A DNA stretch of 63,872 nucleotides, counting the filler, from Stramenopiles sp. TOSAG23-2 (taxonomy: Eukaryota), in NCBI GenBank assembly GCA_900128395.1. It is 6 parts of 6 records of this genome, joined end to end, with 100 filler letters (N's around TTAATTAATTAA, not from the genome) between each part and the next. Parts side by side here need not be neighbours in the genome. Positions count along the whole stretch, not along the records: positions 1 to 28,483 come from LT649399.1; 5 more parts are not named here. One strand, 5' to 3'. Positions 11,510 through 22,529 of the stretch are shown here, piece after piece. Made by a program: the position numbers and the translations under genes. The notes under the pieces are model-generated. The model was given only the letters and a program-made list of their open reading frames with translations. It was not told where the DNA came from and made no database searches. How positions within the stretch are numbered: the first letter of the stretch is position 1; the number at the start of each line of letters is the position of its first letter.

Positions 11510-12895
11510 CTAAGCAAATACAGTAAATAATTGTATTGCACCAGCCGCAGCACCTAATACACCACCAACAAAAACTAATTTTGCTTCATCTTCTTGAAAT
11601 ACTGGATGTAACACATCTTCAAATTTTTTTGGTGGTAAAGATTGCATAGCTGTTCTCAATGTATATTCAAAATTTAACGCTTCTTTCATATATTCATATG
11701 TACATGGTGTTAACTTTGGTAATTGCTTTTCAATTTCTTTTTCGATATATTTATGCATATTTTCAACTTCTTTTGGATCCAAAGATAAACCAATAATAGG
11801 ACTAAAGCTACCAATCATTTTTTTCGACATTTTACGTACATGATGTCGAAGGATGGCATAAAATTTTTTACTTTCCTTCGTTCGTTTTACTCCTTCTTTT
11901 CTATCAGCTTGTAAAATAAATCTCCATAACAAGTGAGGAGTGACAACTTCATCTGCCATTATTTTTGCAAAAACACGCGAGACTTTAGGTTGACGTGTCA
12001 AAAATATACCTTGTATCGTGCAACAACAAATATTGACAGGATTCGTCGGATTAAATATTATATACAAGGCAATGTAATTAGTTGCAATACCAACAATAAA
12101 ACCAGCAGCTGGTAAAACCCACATACCTTTGTAAAAATACCATAAAATAGTTTGCAATACGCCAAACAAAAATCCTAAATAAGCACCAGAACGTTCAATA
12201 AATGTGAATTCTTTATCACCACATTGTTTAAAAACGTTATTTAACAATTCTTTACGTTCATTTAACATCGTAACAACGGCATTTTCAACATCTAAAACTG
12301 CTTCAATATCTTCCCCAACCTCATTCATCAATCCAATGATCATTTCAGGGCATGCATCGATCGCACCATTTACAAAAATTTGTTGTAAACTCTGTGGTTG
12401 CAATGTCCATAACTTGCCTAAAAATTTATGTCCTACGTCATCCATTAATTTATGTATAACAGGTACTAATTGCGGTTTCATAATATCAGCAATCGTTTCA
12501 GGATCAACGCGTGCAAATACTTCTTGTAAGCTAAACAATTCACGTGTCATTAATTCAATGCATTTCCTTGCCATATCAGGTGCTTTTGTTGGAATGATGC
12601 CTTGCCAACCTATGCAACCAATAGGTTGCTTATCTCCACACAAATACCGTTTAATAGGAACCCCTGTAAATTCTAAAGGCCAAAACGTTAAAAACAATGC
12701 AACGACGTTTGTACCCCATCCGATGATGGCAGCAAAAATAGGGACGGTAACATATAACCAAATATTTCCATAGCATGGCAAACCTTCTGCTTCAAGGCAG
12801 CTTATTGAATTGGTATTTGTTGTAGCATCAACAATAGAAGAGGTATTCATCATTATTATTAGTGCCTCTCTCTCTGAAGAGTGGGTGAAGTGCAT
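11510..12895 (-). CDS. DUF445-family integral membrane protein (copy 1)
   Basis: IIGWGTNVVAL..F.P, GWQGIIP.KA, GIATNYIAL.IIF.P, QGIFL.RQ, LHPVFQEDE.KLV.VGGVLGA; first ATG is about 14 codons into the ORF. Confidence 0.8.
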   Translation of the reverse strand: MHFTHSSEREALIIMMNTSSIVDATTNTNSISCLEAEGLPCYGNIWLYVTVPIFAAIIGWGTNVVALFLTFWPLEFTGVPIKRYLCGDKQPIGCIGWQGIIPTKAPDMARKCIELMTRELFSLQEVFARVDPETIADIMKPQLVPVIHKLMDDVGHKFLGKLWTLQPQSLQQIFVNGAIDACPEMIIGLMNEVGEDIEAVLDVENAVVTMLNERKELLNNVFKQCGDKEFTFIERSGAYLGFLFGVLQTILWYFYKGMWVLPAAGFIVGIATNYIALYIIFNPTNPVNICCCTIQGIFLTRQPKVSRVFAKIMADEVVTPHLLWRFILQADRKEGVKRTKESKKFYAILRHHVRKMSKKMIGSFSPIIGLSLDPKEVENMHKYIEKEIEKQLPKLTPCTYEYMKEALNFEYTLRTAMQSLPPKKFEDVLHPVFQEDEAKLVFVGGVLGAAAGAIQLFTVFA

Positions 12896-12973
12896 TGCCT
12901 TATTCTTCTATATAAAATCACTTATGCATGAATCTAATATATAATAATGAATAATGATGAAAAAAACCCCTGA

Positions 12974-13399
<426 letters not shown>

Positions 13400-13851
13400 T
13401 TGTATTGTTCTTGTAGAGAATAATTAGATATTGGTTACTTTTTGTATATATATATATATATATAGAAAATGTATAAAAAGAATAAATATTTTTATTTAAA
13501 ATATATATATATATTTAACACTACACAGTATTGAAAAGTCTACTCTACATGATTTTAAGGATATAGCTCTAGAGTCAGATATTACTGAATACAAAAAATC
13601 GAAGAAAGATACGAAAAGTTCGTGTACGAACGTAAAAGAGGAAATTCTCTTTCTTGATAACATTTTTCAAATTTTAATAAAAACACAAAGAGATATAAAA
13701 TTAAAAAGAACAAAAACACACCCCATCATTTCTCCTTCTTCTATTAAAAAGAACCAAAAAGACATATTTTTATATATTACAACACGCGCTCATTTTATGA
13801 TATAGATTATACACACTGGCACACACACACACATCATATGCATATCTTCTT

Positions 13852-15237
13852 CTAAGCAAATACAGTAAATAATTGTATTGCACCAGCCGCAGCACCTAAT
13901 ACACCACCAACAAAAACTAATTTTGCTTCATCTTCTTGAAATACTGGATGTAACACATCTTCAAATTTTTTTGGTGGTAAAGATTGCATAGCTGTTCTCA
14001 ATGTATATTCAAAATTTAACGCTTCTTTCATATATTCATATGTACATGGTGTTAACTTTGGTAATTGCTTTTCAATTTCTTTTTCGATATATTTATGCAT
14101 ATTTTCAACTTCTTTTGGATCCAAAGATAAACCAATAATAGGACTAAAGCTACCAATCATTTTTTTCGACATTTTACGTACATGATGTCGAAGGATGGCA
14201 TAAAATTTTTTACTTTCCTTCGTTCGTTTTACTCCTTCTTTTCTATCAGCTTGTAAAATAAATCTCCATAACAAGTGAGGAGTGACAACTTCATCTGCCA
14301 TTATTTTTGCAAAAACACGCGAGACTTTAGGTTGACGTGTCAAAAATATACCTTGTATCGTGCAACAACAAATATTGACAGGATTCGTCGGATTAAATAT
14401 TATATACAAGGCAATGTAATTAGTTGCAATACCAACAATAAAACCAGCAGCTGGTAAAACCCACATACCTTTGTAAAAATACCATAAAATAGTTTGCAAT
14501 ACGCCAAACAAAAATCCTAAATAAGCACCAGAACGTTCAATAAATGTGAATTCTTTATCACCACATTGTTTAAAAACGTTATTTAACAATTCTTTACGTT
14601 CATTTAACATCGTAACAACGGCATTTTCAACATCTAAAACTGCTTCAATATCTTCCCCAACCTCATTCATCAATCCAATGATCATTTCAGGGCATGCATC
14701 GATCGCACCATTTACAAAAATTTGTTGTAAACTCTGTGGTTGCAATGTCCATAACTTGCCTAAAAATTTATGTCCTACGTCATCCATTAATTTATGTATA
14801 ACAGGTACTAATTGCGGTTTCATAATATCAGCAATCGTTTCAGGATCAACGCGTGCAAATACTTCTTGTAAGCTAAACAATTCACGTGTCATTAATTCAA
14901 TGCATTTCCTTGCCATATCAGGTGCTTTTGTTGGAATGATGCCTTGCCAACCTATGCAACCAATAGGTTGCTTATCTCCACACAAATACCGTTTAATAGG
15001 AACCCCTGTAAATTCTAAAGGCCAAAACGTTAAAAACAATGCAACGACGTTTGTACCCCATCCGATGATGGCAGCAAAAATAGGGACGGTAACATATAAC
15101 CAAATATTTCCATAGCATGGCAAACCTTCTGCTTCAAGGCAGCTTATTGAATTGGTATTTGTTGTAGCATCAACAATAGAAGAGGTATTCATCATTATTA
15201 TTAGTGCCTCTCTCTCTGAAGAGTGGGTGAAGTGCAT
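13852..15237 (-). CDS. DUF445-family membrane protein (identical copy 2)
   Basis: protein identical to copy 1. Confidence 0.7.
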   Translation of the reverse strand: MHFTHSSEREALIIMMNTSSIVDATTNTNSISCLEAEGLPCYGNIWLYVTVPIFAAIIGWGTNVVALFLTFWPLEFTGVPIKRYLCGDKQPIGCIGWQGIIPTKAPDMARKCIELMTRELFSLQEVFARVDPETIADIMKPQLVPVIHKLMDDVGHKFLGKLWTLQPQSLQQIFVNGAIDACPEMIIGLMNEVGEDIEAVLDVENAVVTMLNERKELLNNVFKQCGDKEFTFIERSGAYLGFLFGVLQTILWYFYKGMWVLPAAGFIVGIATNYIALYIIFNPTNPVNICCCTIQGIFLTRQPKVSRVFAKIMADEVVTPHLLWRFILQADRKEGVKRTKESKKFYAILRHHVRKMSKKMIGSFSPIIGLSLDPKEVENMHKYIEKEIEKQLPKLTPCTYEYMKEALNFEYTLRTAMQSLPPKKFEDVLHPVFQEDEAKLVFVGGVLGAAAGAIQLFTVFA

Positions 15238-15826
15238 TGCCTTATTCTTCTATATAAAATCACTTATGCATGAATCTAATATATAATAATGAATAATGAT
15301 GAAAAAAACCCCTGATGCCAACCTGGCCCAGCTGGCCAACTGCCAAAACACAAAAATATTTTTTTTGCTGATCTGGCAATCCAGCAATGCCAGAATGCCA
15401 GAATGCCAGAATGCCTGCTAAGGCCTGCTGCTGGGCCTGCCCAGCCTGCTACAGTAGACGACTATAAGGCCTCTGGAATGCGGAAAGGTCTTTGAAATAA
15501 TTTAGGTTGCTGATTGTTCAAAATTAGCTTTAGCACTTTACCACAACATGCACCATCACTACTACGCACCAACATTTAAATAGAGGTAACAGGTAACTAA
15601 GTAAGAAATATGACATGCCAATAATAATACAACAGTAATTGCTGCTATTATATATATAAGAACTAAAAAAAAAACAAAAAAAAAACGCTTCTTCAACATT
15701 TATAGATAGTAAATATCAAAACTATAGAAATAAAACAAATGAATAAGAACAAATAATATTTATACAAACAAACGAATATATACATACAAAAAAATTTCCC
15801 GATAAATTTATTTAGATCTATGAAAT

Positions 15827-18800
15827 ATGAATGAGGAAAAAAAAAATGGTAATATAAATGAAAAATCAGCTATGTCACATTATCAAAACTCAATAATAAA
15901 TAACAACTCTTCGTTAAACAACAGTAACTATGGCAATAATAGCAGTCTATTGCGAGTATCATCACGTTTATCGTCCGACTCCTCGCAATCTTTCCAACGG
16001 AACGATGTAATGTCAATGAGCGTTATCATAGATAATTCTTCTAGAAGGAAAAAAAACAATACAAACAAAAACAAATCAAGACTATCGATAAATAATAATC
16101 ACAATAGTAATAACAGTAATAATAATAACAATAATAATAATAATAATAATAACCATATCTCTGCAAGTAGTTTAGCATATGGTGGTGGAGGATATAATAC
16201 TAATATGGCTACCAAGGGTAACAAAAATACTAGAAATTACAATGGAATCAATAGAAAAAATCATATTTTTAATAATAGTAGTAATAATGCTGGTAGTATG
16301 AAACAAAGCAGTAATTTGAAAAAATTAAACATTGAGAAAAATAGATATGACCAAATGAATATGACAGGTTTAAAAATTATAAATAAACCAAACAACAACA
16401 ACAACAATGTAGATAACTTTGATAATATCCATGGCAAAAAAATGAATATATTATATACTGGTGGTAGAAACAGATCTAATACGACTGGGATGATGCCAAA
16501 TAATAATAATAATAATCGGGAACCAGGAAATGGTGGAACATTTCATGGTAGAAAACAACGCTCTATGTCTATTGCAAACCATGGGACATCCCCTAAAACT
16601 GGTATGTCAAGACGTATTTGTTTGAGATCAAGATCAACGTGGCAACCGGATGAAACTGCTGAATATTGTGCCAAATGCGAGGCTAAATTTTCTGGTTGGA
16701 TAACAAGTGGTAAACATCATTGTCGACGATGTGGTAGAATTTTTTGTGCTAATTGTTGCAATCTTTTTGTCAAGTTACCAGATGATTGGCGAGCACATTC
16801 GATGACATCACATTCATGGAATATTATTCCATCATTAAGCTATCAAACAAACAATGATAGAGTTTGCACGGATTGTCATGACAATTTTAAATTAGTACAA
16901 GAAAATCCTCGTGTTCAACTTTATTTAAAAGTATTGCGTCTGTGCATGCTTACAGGTTTTATTGAATTGCCATGGTTATGGTCTTGTGTAGACCAATGGA
17001 TGGGAAAGTATTGGCGTGCAGCGTCAGATGAATTAAAGTCACAATTACGTGTTTTACAATATGAATTACCAACACATGTATATACGAAGAAACAGCGAGA
17101 GTTGTTATGGGCAAATAGACATGTTCTTGCAGGTCATAGCGCATGGTTATTACCACTGATGAAATCAGTGAATTGGAACAACCCACGCGATGTGAAAGAT
17201 GCTGAAGCATTATTGAAAATGCGACCGTCAGACCTGAAAAATTTCTCCAAAGGATTTGCTACAAAGGTTAAGTTCAAACGAAAACGTGGTGCCCAACTTG
17301 GTTCCAAAGTTAGTTCAGTTTCCGTACCATGGAAGCATCTAGATGATGAGAATATTAGTTGCAAGCTTGCAATGGTTGATGATGAAAGTGAGGAAACGAA
17401 GACTGGTAAAACTAAAACAAAATCTTCTTCTACTTCTTCTTCCTCCAAAAAGAAATATAAGGATCAGCAAGATTATTGCTATGCGCAGGTAGATTGTTTA
17501 CAATGTATGTGTACTCGACATTGTAAATCCCATATTATGCCGGCACATGCTATACAATTACTATCCGCATGGCAAGCTAAAGGTACTAAATCAGCATATT
17601 TCTCATCGTCTAAAGAATTTGATAGTTTGACCAAAGAAATTGAGTATATGGAAAAGTTTTTAAATGCCTTACAAAATTGCAGAAATAAAAAGAAATATGC
17701 TTCCAGAATGTTGCAAATCAAATCAAAGATTTTAAAAAAGAAACGTTTTAAATTGCAACTAGAGAAGAAACAATTATTTCATTGTAACCGCATCAACCCA
17801 TTGCCAGAATCTTGTAGAAAAATCATTGTACGTTCATTTAAAAATGTAAAAGAAAAAGAGCTTTTATGTTATTTGCCATCCATGGTACAATGTTTACAAG
17901 ATAGACATTCGCCAACAATGTCAGCATTGTCAGCTTTTTTGTTTCAACGGACGATAAATGAAACGCAATTACGAAATGATTTGTATTGGGGCCTATTATC
18001 GATAGGGTCAGAATCAATGAATACCTCCTCGAATCAGACGTCAAAAATGAATTGTCAAAGCATACGAGAAACCTTATGCAACCATTTACCAAAGGACAAA
18101 CGAGAGGAGTTAACACGTGGATTTGAGCTGGTAACAATTTTAAGCTCAGTACCAACTGAATTGGAAGGAAAGACGCTATCGGAATATTTACGAACATGTG
18201 TCGAGGGCCAAGGCGTATTTAATGAAAGGCCAGTTGTAGAGGAAACAGCATGGGGTAGCAGCCTTCTAGTTTCAAATGCATCATCCACAGATAGTGGATT
18301 TGGTGGCAGTAGCAATAGTATCAATATGAGTAGTAGTGGTAATCATGGCGACATCCAACACTATTTGGAGCAGAAACAGAATCAAACAAAGAAAAATGCA
18401 GTAAGCATAGCTGTACCTGTTGCACCACATAAAAAGGTAACGTCTATCCTATACGATACGGCGAAACGAATGACCAGTGCAGAGAGACCGTATGTAGTCC
18501 AAATGCAAAACGATCAAACTAAGGATAAAACAACAGTTGCTTTTAAAACAGATGATATGCGTACAGATCAAATCTTACTGAATTGCATACGATTGATGGA
18601 TATAATATTAAAGAGAGAGCTTGGCCGAAAAAATGGTGATTATAAATTGACTACATACCGTGTTTTACCTACATCATCCAGAGCCGGTCTAGTCGAATTT
18701 GTTGATAATGCTGAAGTACTGGAGGATATTATAAATGACCCGAAAGGGAAACAATGGGGCAGTATAGAGAATTACTTTTTAGAACGCGCTAGGTTTATAC

Positions 18801-19675
18801 ATAATCAAATGGTAAAGGATCATAACCGTATCAATACCGGCTCAACAGCTTCTATCGTTTCTTTAGAACATATTCACAAGCAAATGAAAAATAATTTCAC
18901 CCGCAGTTTGGCGGGGTATTGCGTCGTTTCATATTTATTAGGAGTTGGTGATCGTCACCGTCATAATATTATGTTAACGCATACAGGAAAAATATTTAAT
19001 ATTGATTTTGGGTGGTGTCTTGGTCAAGATCCTAAACCATTTCAACCAGCATTACGCCTTGATGACTTTTTAATTGCTGGACTTGGTGGTAAAGGTTCCA
19101 ATCGTTACCATACGTTTATTAATTTAGCCAATCAAGCGTACAACAAATTAAGGCGACACGTCAGTACATTCACAACGCTGCTCTTACCCTTAACTAGTGA
19201 TTATGGATATTATGGTGGCAAAGATTCTCTTGATAGTAAAAAGTTACTAGAGCATATGTATTGGCGTTATTTGCCAGGTACACATGATGAAGAAGCATCT
19301 GCTATATTTCCACGAAAGTTAAATGGTGAATACGATGGAGCAGGAATACAGAAAGTAGCTCAGGCTGTTAGTGATGCTGTACATACAGAAGTACATTCAC
19401 AAAGTTTACAAAAAGTTGGACGTGCAGCCGTAAATGGTGTAACTGGCGGAGTGCATTTTGTGTATAAAACTTTAGAATCTGCAACTATCCCAGCAACGAA
19501 TGTGATTGCTGATCTTGCGTCTGCAGCTTTTGAAAAAATTCTTCGAAATGGTGATGGCGAGGTTGATGGAAAGAGTAATGAAAATGATGAAGAATTTAGT
19601 ACATCGATAGACAAAGATGATGATTGGGAGTTTGTTGAAATGGATGAAGATGAGGCCCCAGTCGATGAAATCTAA
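15827..19675 (+). CDS. FYVE zinc-finger phosphatidylinositol 3-/4-kinase family protein
   Basis: WQPDE..C..C..F....KHHCRRCGRIFCANCC...RVCTDC (FYVE); FKTDDMRTDQ, TYRVLPTS..AGLVEFV, SLAGYCVVSYLLGVGDRHRHNIML..TGKIFNIDFG..LGQDPKP (PI3K catalytic domain). Confidence 0.93.
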   Translation: MNEEKKNGNINEKSAMSHYQNSIINNNSSLNNSNYGNNSSLLRVSSRLSSDSSQSFQRNDVMSMSVIIDNSSRRKKNNTNKNKSRLSINNNHNSNNSNNNNNNNNNNNNHISASSLAYGGGGYNTNMATKGNKNTRNYNGINRKNHIFNNSSNNAGSMKQSSNLKKLNIEKNRYDQMNMTGLKIINKPNNNNNNVDNFDNIHGKKMNILYTGGRNRSNTTGMMPNNNNNNREPGNGGTFHGRKQRSMSIANHGTSPKTGMSRRICLRSRSTWQPDETAEYCAKCEAKFSGWITSGKHHCRRCGRIFCANCCNLFVKLPDDWRAHSMTSHSWNIIPSLSYQTNNDRVCTDCHDNFKLVQENPRVQLYLKVLRLCMLTGFIELPWLWSCVDQWMGKYWRAASDELKSQLRVLQYELPTHVYTKKQRELLWANRHVLAGHSAWLLPLMKSVNWNNPRDVKDAEALLKMRPSDLKNFSKGFATKVKFKRKRGAQLGSKVSSVSVPWKHLDDENISCKLAMVDDESEETKTGKTKTKSSSTSSSSKKKYKDQQDYCYAQVDCLQCMCTRHCKSHIMPAHAIQLLSAWQAKGTKSAYFSSSKEFDSLTKEIEYMEKFLNALQNCRNKKKYASRMLQIKSKILKKKRFKLQLEKKQLFHCNRINPLPESCRKIIVRSFKNVKEKELLCYLPSMVQCLQDRHSPTMSALSAFLFQRTINETQLRNDLYWGLLSIGSESMNTSSNQTSKMNCQSIRETLCNHLPKDKREELTRGFELVTILSSVPTELEGKTLSEYLRTCVEGQGVFNERPVVEETAWGSSLLVSNASSTDSGFGGSSNSINMSSSGNHGDIQHYLEQKQNQTKKNAVSIAVPVAPHKKVTSILYDTAKRMTSAERPYVVQMQNDQTKDKTTVAFKTDDMRTDQILLNCIRLMDIILKRELGRKNGDYKLTTYRVLPTSSRAGLVEFVDNAEVLEDIINDPKGKQWGSIENYFLERARFIHNQMVKDHNRINTGSTASIVSLEHIHKQMKNNFTRSLAGYCVVSYLLGVGDRHRHNIMLTHTGKIFNIDFGWCLGQDPKPFQPALRLDDFLIAGLGGKGSNRYHTFINLANQAYNKLRRHVSTFTTLLLPLTSDYGYYGGKDSLDSKKLLEHMYWRYLPGTHDEEASAIFPRKLNGEYDGAGIQKVAQAVSDAVHTEVHSQSLQKVGRAAVNGVTGGVHFVYKTLESATIPATNVIADLASAAFEKILRNGDGEVDGKSNENDEEFSTSIDKDDDWEFVEMDEDEAPVDEI

Positions 19676-20345
19676 CATAGAGGGAAATGATTAGAGAGGA
19701 TCTCTCTAGAAATGATGAAAATGGAGATTTTTTGTAAAAATATATTTTGATAGTCGTCTAACAAAAATGCATGTGTGAAAAAAAAAAACACATACAAAAA
19801 ATGTAAATATATACAGAGACTATCATATACTGTATAATGTAATTATATTATACGAAGTATCATATATACTTCGTACGAATCGTATATTATATATAAATAA
19901 GAGAATTTTTTATATACAAGTACGAGTTTGTATGATACATATTGCAAATATTTAAACGATTAAAAAAAATAAAAAAAAATTTAAAAAAAAAAGAGTGTTG
20001 AAATAGGGGGACATATTATTATTTTATGATAAAATATTTTGGTATGATACCAGGTATGTTGCGTATCATACTATTAATATTACCAGGTACCACCGGTGGT
20101 AATACGCGAATAGCATATTTTAAAATATATAACACCATCATAAAAAAATATTAAATTTTTATATATATACGTACAGGTACGAAGTAAATATTTGTACGAC
20201 AAGTAATATTATTATATCCGTATGATATACATATATATTTTAAAATGTACGAACGTATTGATACAAACACACACACACTTAATCATTATAATTAACATAA
20301 TCTCTCCCTTTTTATATTTTATCTTTCCTTTCATAAACAAACCAT

Positions 20346-21989
20346 TTATGACATTTGTACATTAGTTAATGAGGCTACTTTTAAATTTTCTCCATTAACT
20401 TGCAACGGTTCACCATTGTATGATGCTGTACAATCATCAGAAATTTTCAAATCTTTAACAATCTTGGACCATGGATCATTTCCATTTGATTTAATTTTGA
20501 TTTTGTTTTTTGGTGTTGGATCAGGTAAACTTTGCACTTTAACAATATCCCCAGGTTTAGCACTTGCAGGTACATCAATTAATTCCAATTTTGTACCATC
20601 TTCACTCTTTGCAGCCATTACCATACCATTCGAAGGAAATCCTGCCATTTTACGTGGTTGTAAATTTAAAACTACTAAAACCATGCGATCTTGCAAATCT
20701 TCTAATTTACAATATTTACGTAAACCAGAGGCAACTTGCCTTGGTGTATCTTCCCCAACATCAATTTCTTCACAAAACAATGTATCACTTTCTGGATGTT
20801 CCCATACTTTAGTAATACGGCCTACCTTTAAATTCACCTGGCAAAATGGTGGCACGTCGATTTTACCTTTTTTTGGTTTTCCACCTTTTTTCTTTTGCTT
20901 TTTCTCAGGTGGATATCCTTTTGCAATAATACTACGTACTTCATCCGTATCCAATTCTTTTCGAATTGGTTCCAACATATTGTTGATTGCATCTGTAACA
21001 CCGATTTTCAAATCAGCAGGGAATAATGATTCATCAGCATATGCTTTTTCTAGGTCAGCATATGTATCAAATGATATATCACCACCCCACTTCTCAAGCC
21101 TCTTAATAACAAATGGTTTACCGTTCAGCAATTTAAATGCTACAATTCTGCAAAATGCTAACAAGCCATTGCCCTCAACCTTACCCGGTTCACACCATGC
21201 CATGTTTACTTTCTTCTTCACTTGTTTGGCAGGTTCTCTAACATCAATCTTTGCATTTGATGATGCACTCATTTTGCCGCCATCACCACCCGATGGTTTT
21301 TGAAACCCTGGTACCATTGGGTTCATAATATGAATTCTTTTTTTATATCCAAGTTTTGGTAAAAATTCTTCTGCGTAAACGAAAATTTTACGTTGATCTA
21401 CACCACCAAATTGTGCATCAACGTCCAAGTATTCTTCATCTAAAGCTTGTAAGCCTGGATACAACAAACCACTTAAAGGTGCGCTTGCACTTTGCTTAAC
21501 AACTTCTGCACCAGCTTTTTTCGCTTGCTTCTCTGACACAATGGAACTAAGCTTGTAAACATCCAAAGTGTATTTTTCACTTAACTGGAAAGTAGTACCA
21601 CGTACAAACTTCAATTTATCGAGATTAACACCTCGACTTTTTAACATAGCTTTGATAACTTTTTCATAGTATTGTACACGTGATTCCAATTGCTCCCATG
21701 TAGATTTCATATTATCTAAGAATGCATGTAAATCAGCAAATAAAATAGTGACTTCACAACCAGCTTCAAGAAAATCAGCCAACTTCATAATTGGAACAAA
21801 ATAACCTATGTGTGGCATGCCTGTGGTAGCAGTACCCCAATACAATTTTAAATCACGTTTCTTTAAAATTTCTCTCATCTTTGCCTCACCAATAACTTCT
21901 TGTATATTTTCTTTAATAAGCGCAACTTTTTTATCAACATCCGCGTCGGATACAGACAACATTGCCATTTCATCAGTAACACTAGCCAT
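20346..21989 (-). CDS. YARS: cytosolic tyrosyl-tRNA synthetase with C-terminal EMAPII/Trbp111-like OB-fold
   Basis: [50 protein letters not shown]-terminal [40 protein letters not shown]. Confidence 0.96.
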   Translation of the reverse strand: MASVTDEMAMLSVSDADVDKKVALIKENIQEVIGEAKMREILKKRDLKLYWGTATTGMPHIGYFVPIMKLADFLEAGCEVTILFADLHAFLDNMKSTWEQLESRVQYYEKVIKAMLKSRGVNLDKLKFVRGTTFQLSEKYTLDVYKLSSIVSEKQAKKAGAEVVKQSASAPLSGLLYPGLQALDEEYLDVDAQFGGVDQRKIFVYAEEFLPKLGYKKRIHIMNPMVPGFQKPSGGDGGKMSASSNAKIDVREPAKQVKKKVNMAWCEPGKVEGNGLLAFCRIVAFKLLNGKPFVIKRLEKWGGDISFDTYADLEKAYADESLFPADLKIGVTDAINNMLEPIRKELDTDEVRSIIAKGYPPEKKQKKKGGKPKKGKIDVPPFCQVNLKVGRITKVWEHPESDTLFCEEIDVGEDTPRQVASGLRKYCKLEDLQDRMVLVVLNLQPRKMAGFPSNGMVMAAKSEDGTKLELIDVPASAKPGDIVKVQSLPDPTPKNKIKIKSNGNDPWSKIVKDLKISDDCTASYNGEPLQVNGENLKVASLTNVQMS

Positions 21990-22529
21990 TTTTTACTATA
22001 TAAATATTTTTATATGTTCGTATATGTAATTTTACGTATAGATATGTCGTTGTTTGCGTATATATCTATATCTATATCTATATCTATATATATGTGTGTA
22101 TGTGTGTGTATATTGTATTGTCTATTTTTTAGTGAATCAATTTATGATGTGCACGACGTGTGGTGATGGTTAATTGGTTTTTTGTTGTTTTTTTCGATTT
22201 TTTTGTTGTTGTTTGTTGTTGTGGTGAAATTGATGTGATGACATCCAGGCCTTTTTATATTATATCATAGGCGAGACAGTAGCACACTACTATATGATAT
22301 TCGTACTTGGTGTTTATAAGGTGGTTAGTGTAATAAAAGTTGTTGTTGTGTTGGTTGAAAAAAAATAGTGATGGGTGCATGGATATGGATGAAGAAGAAT
22401 TTGAATTGAAAAATTATATATATAAAATGCTTTTTAAAATATTAGGTATATGTGCATACATGTATGTACATTGCCATACGTTTGGATATACATATATAAA
22501 TATAAATATATATACACTAGACAACCAAG

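Noticed and set aside
15827-19675. Endogenous giant-virus insertion
   Set aside because: Only one gene has possible viral affinity; the neighbours are cellular genes and no capsid, polymerase or packaging ATPase is seen
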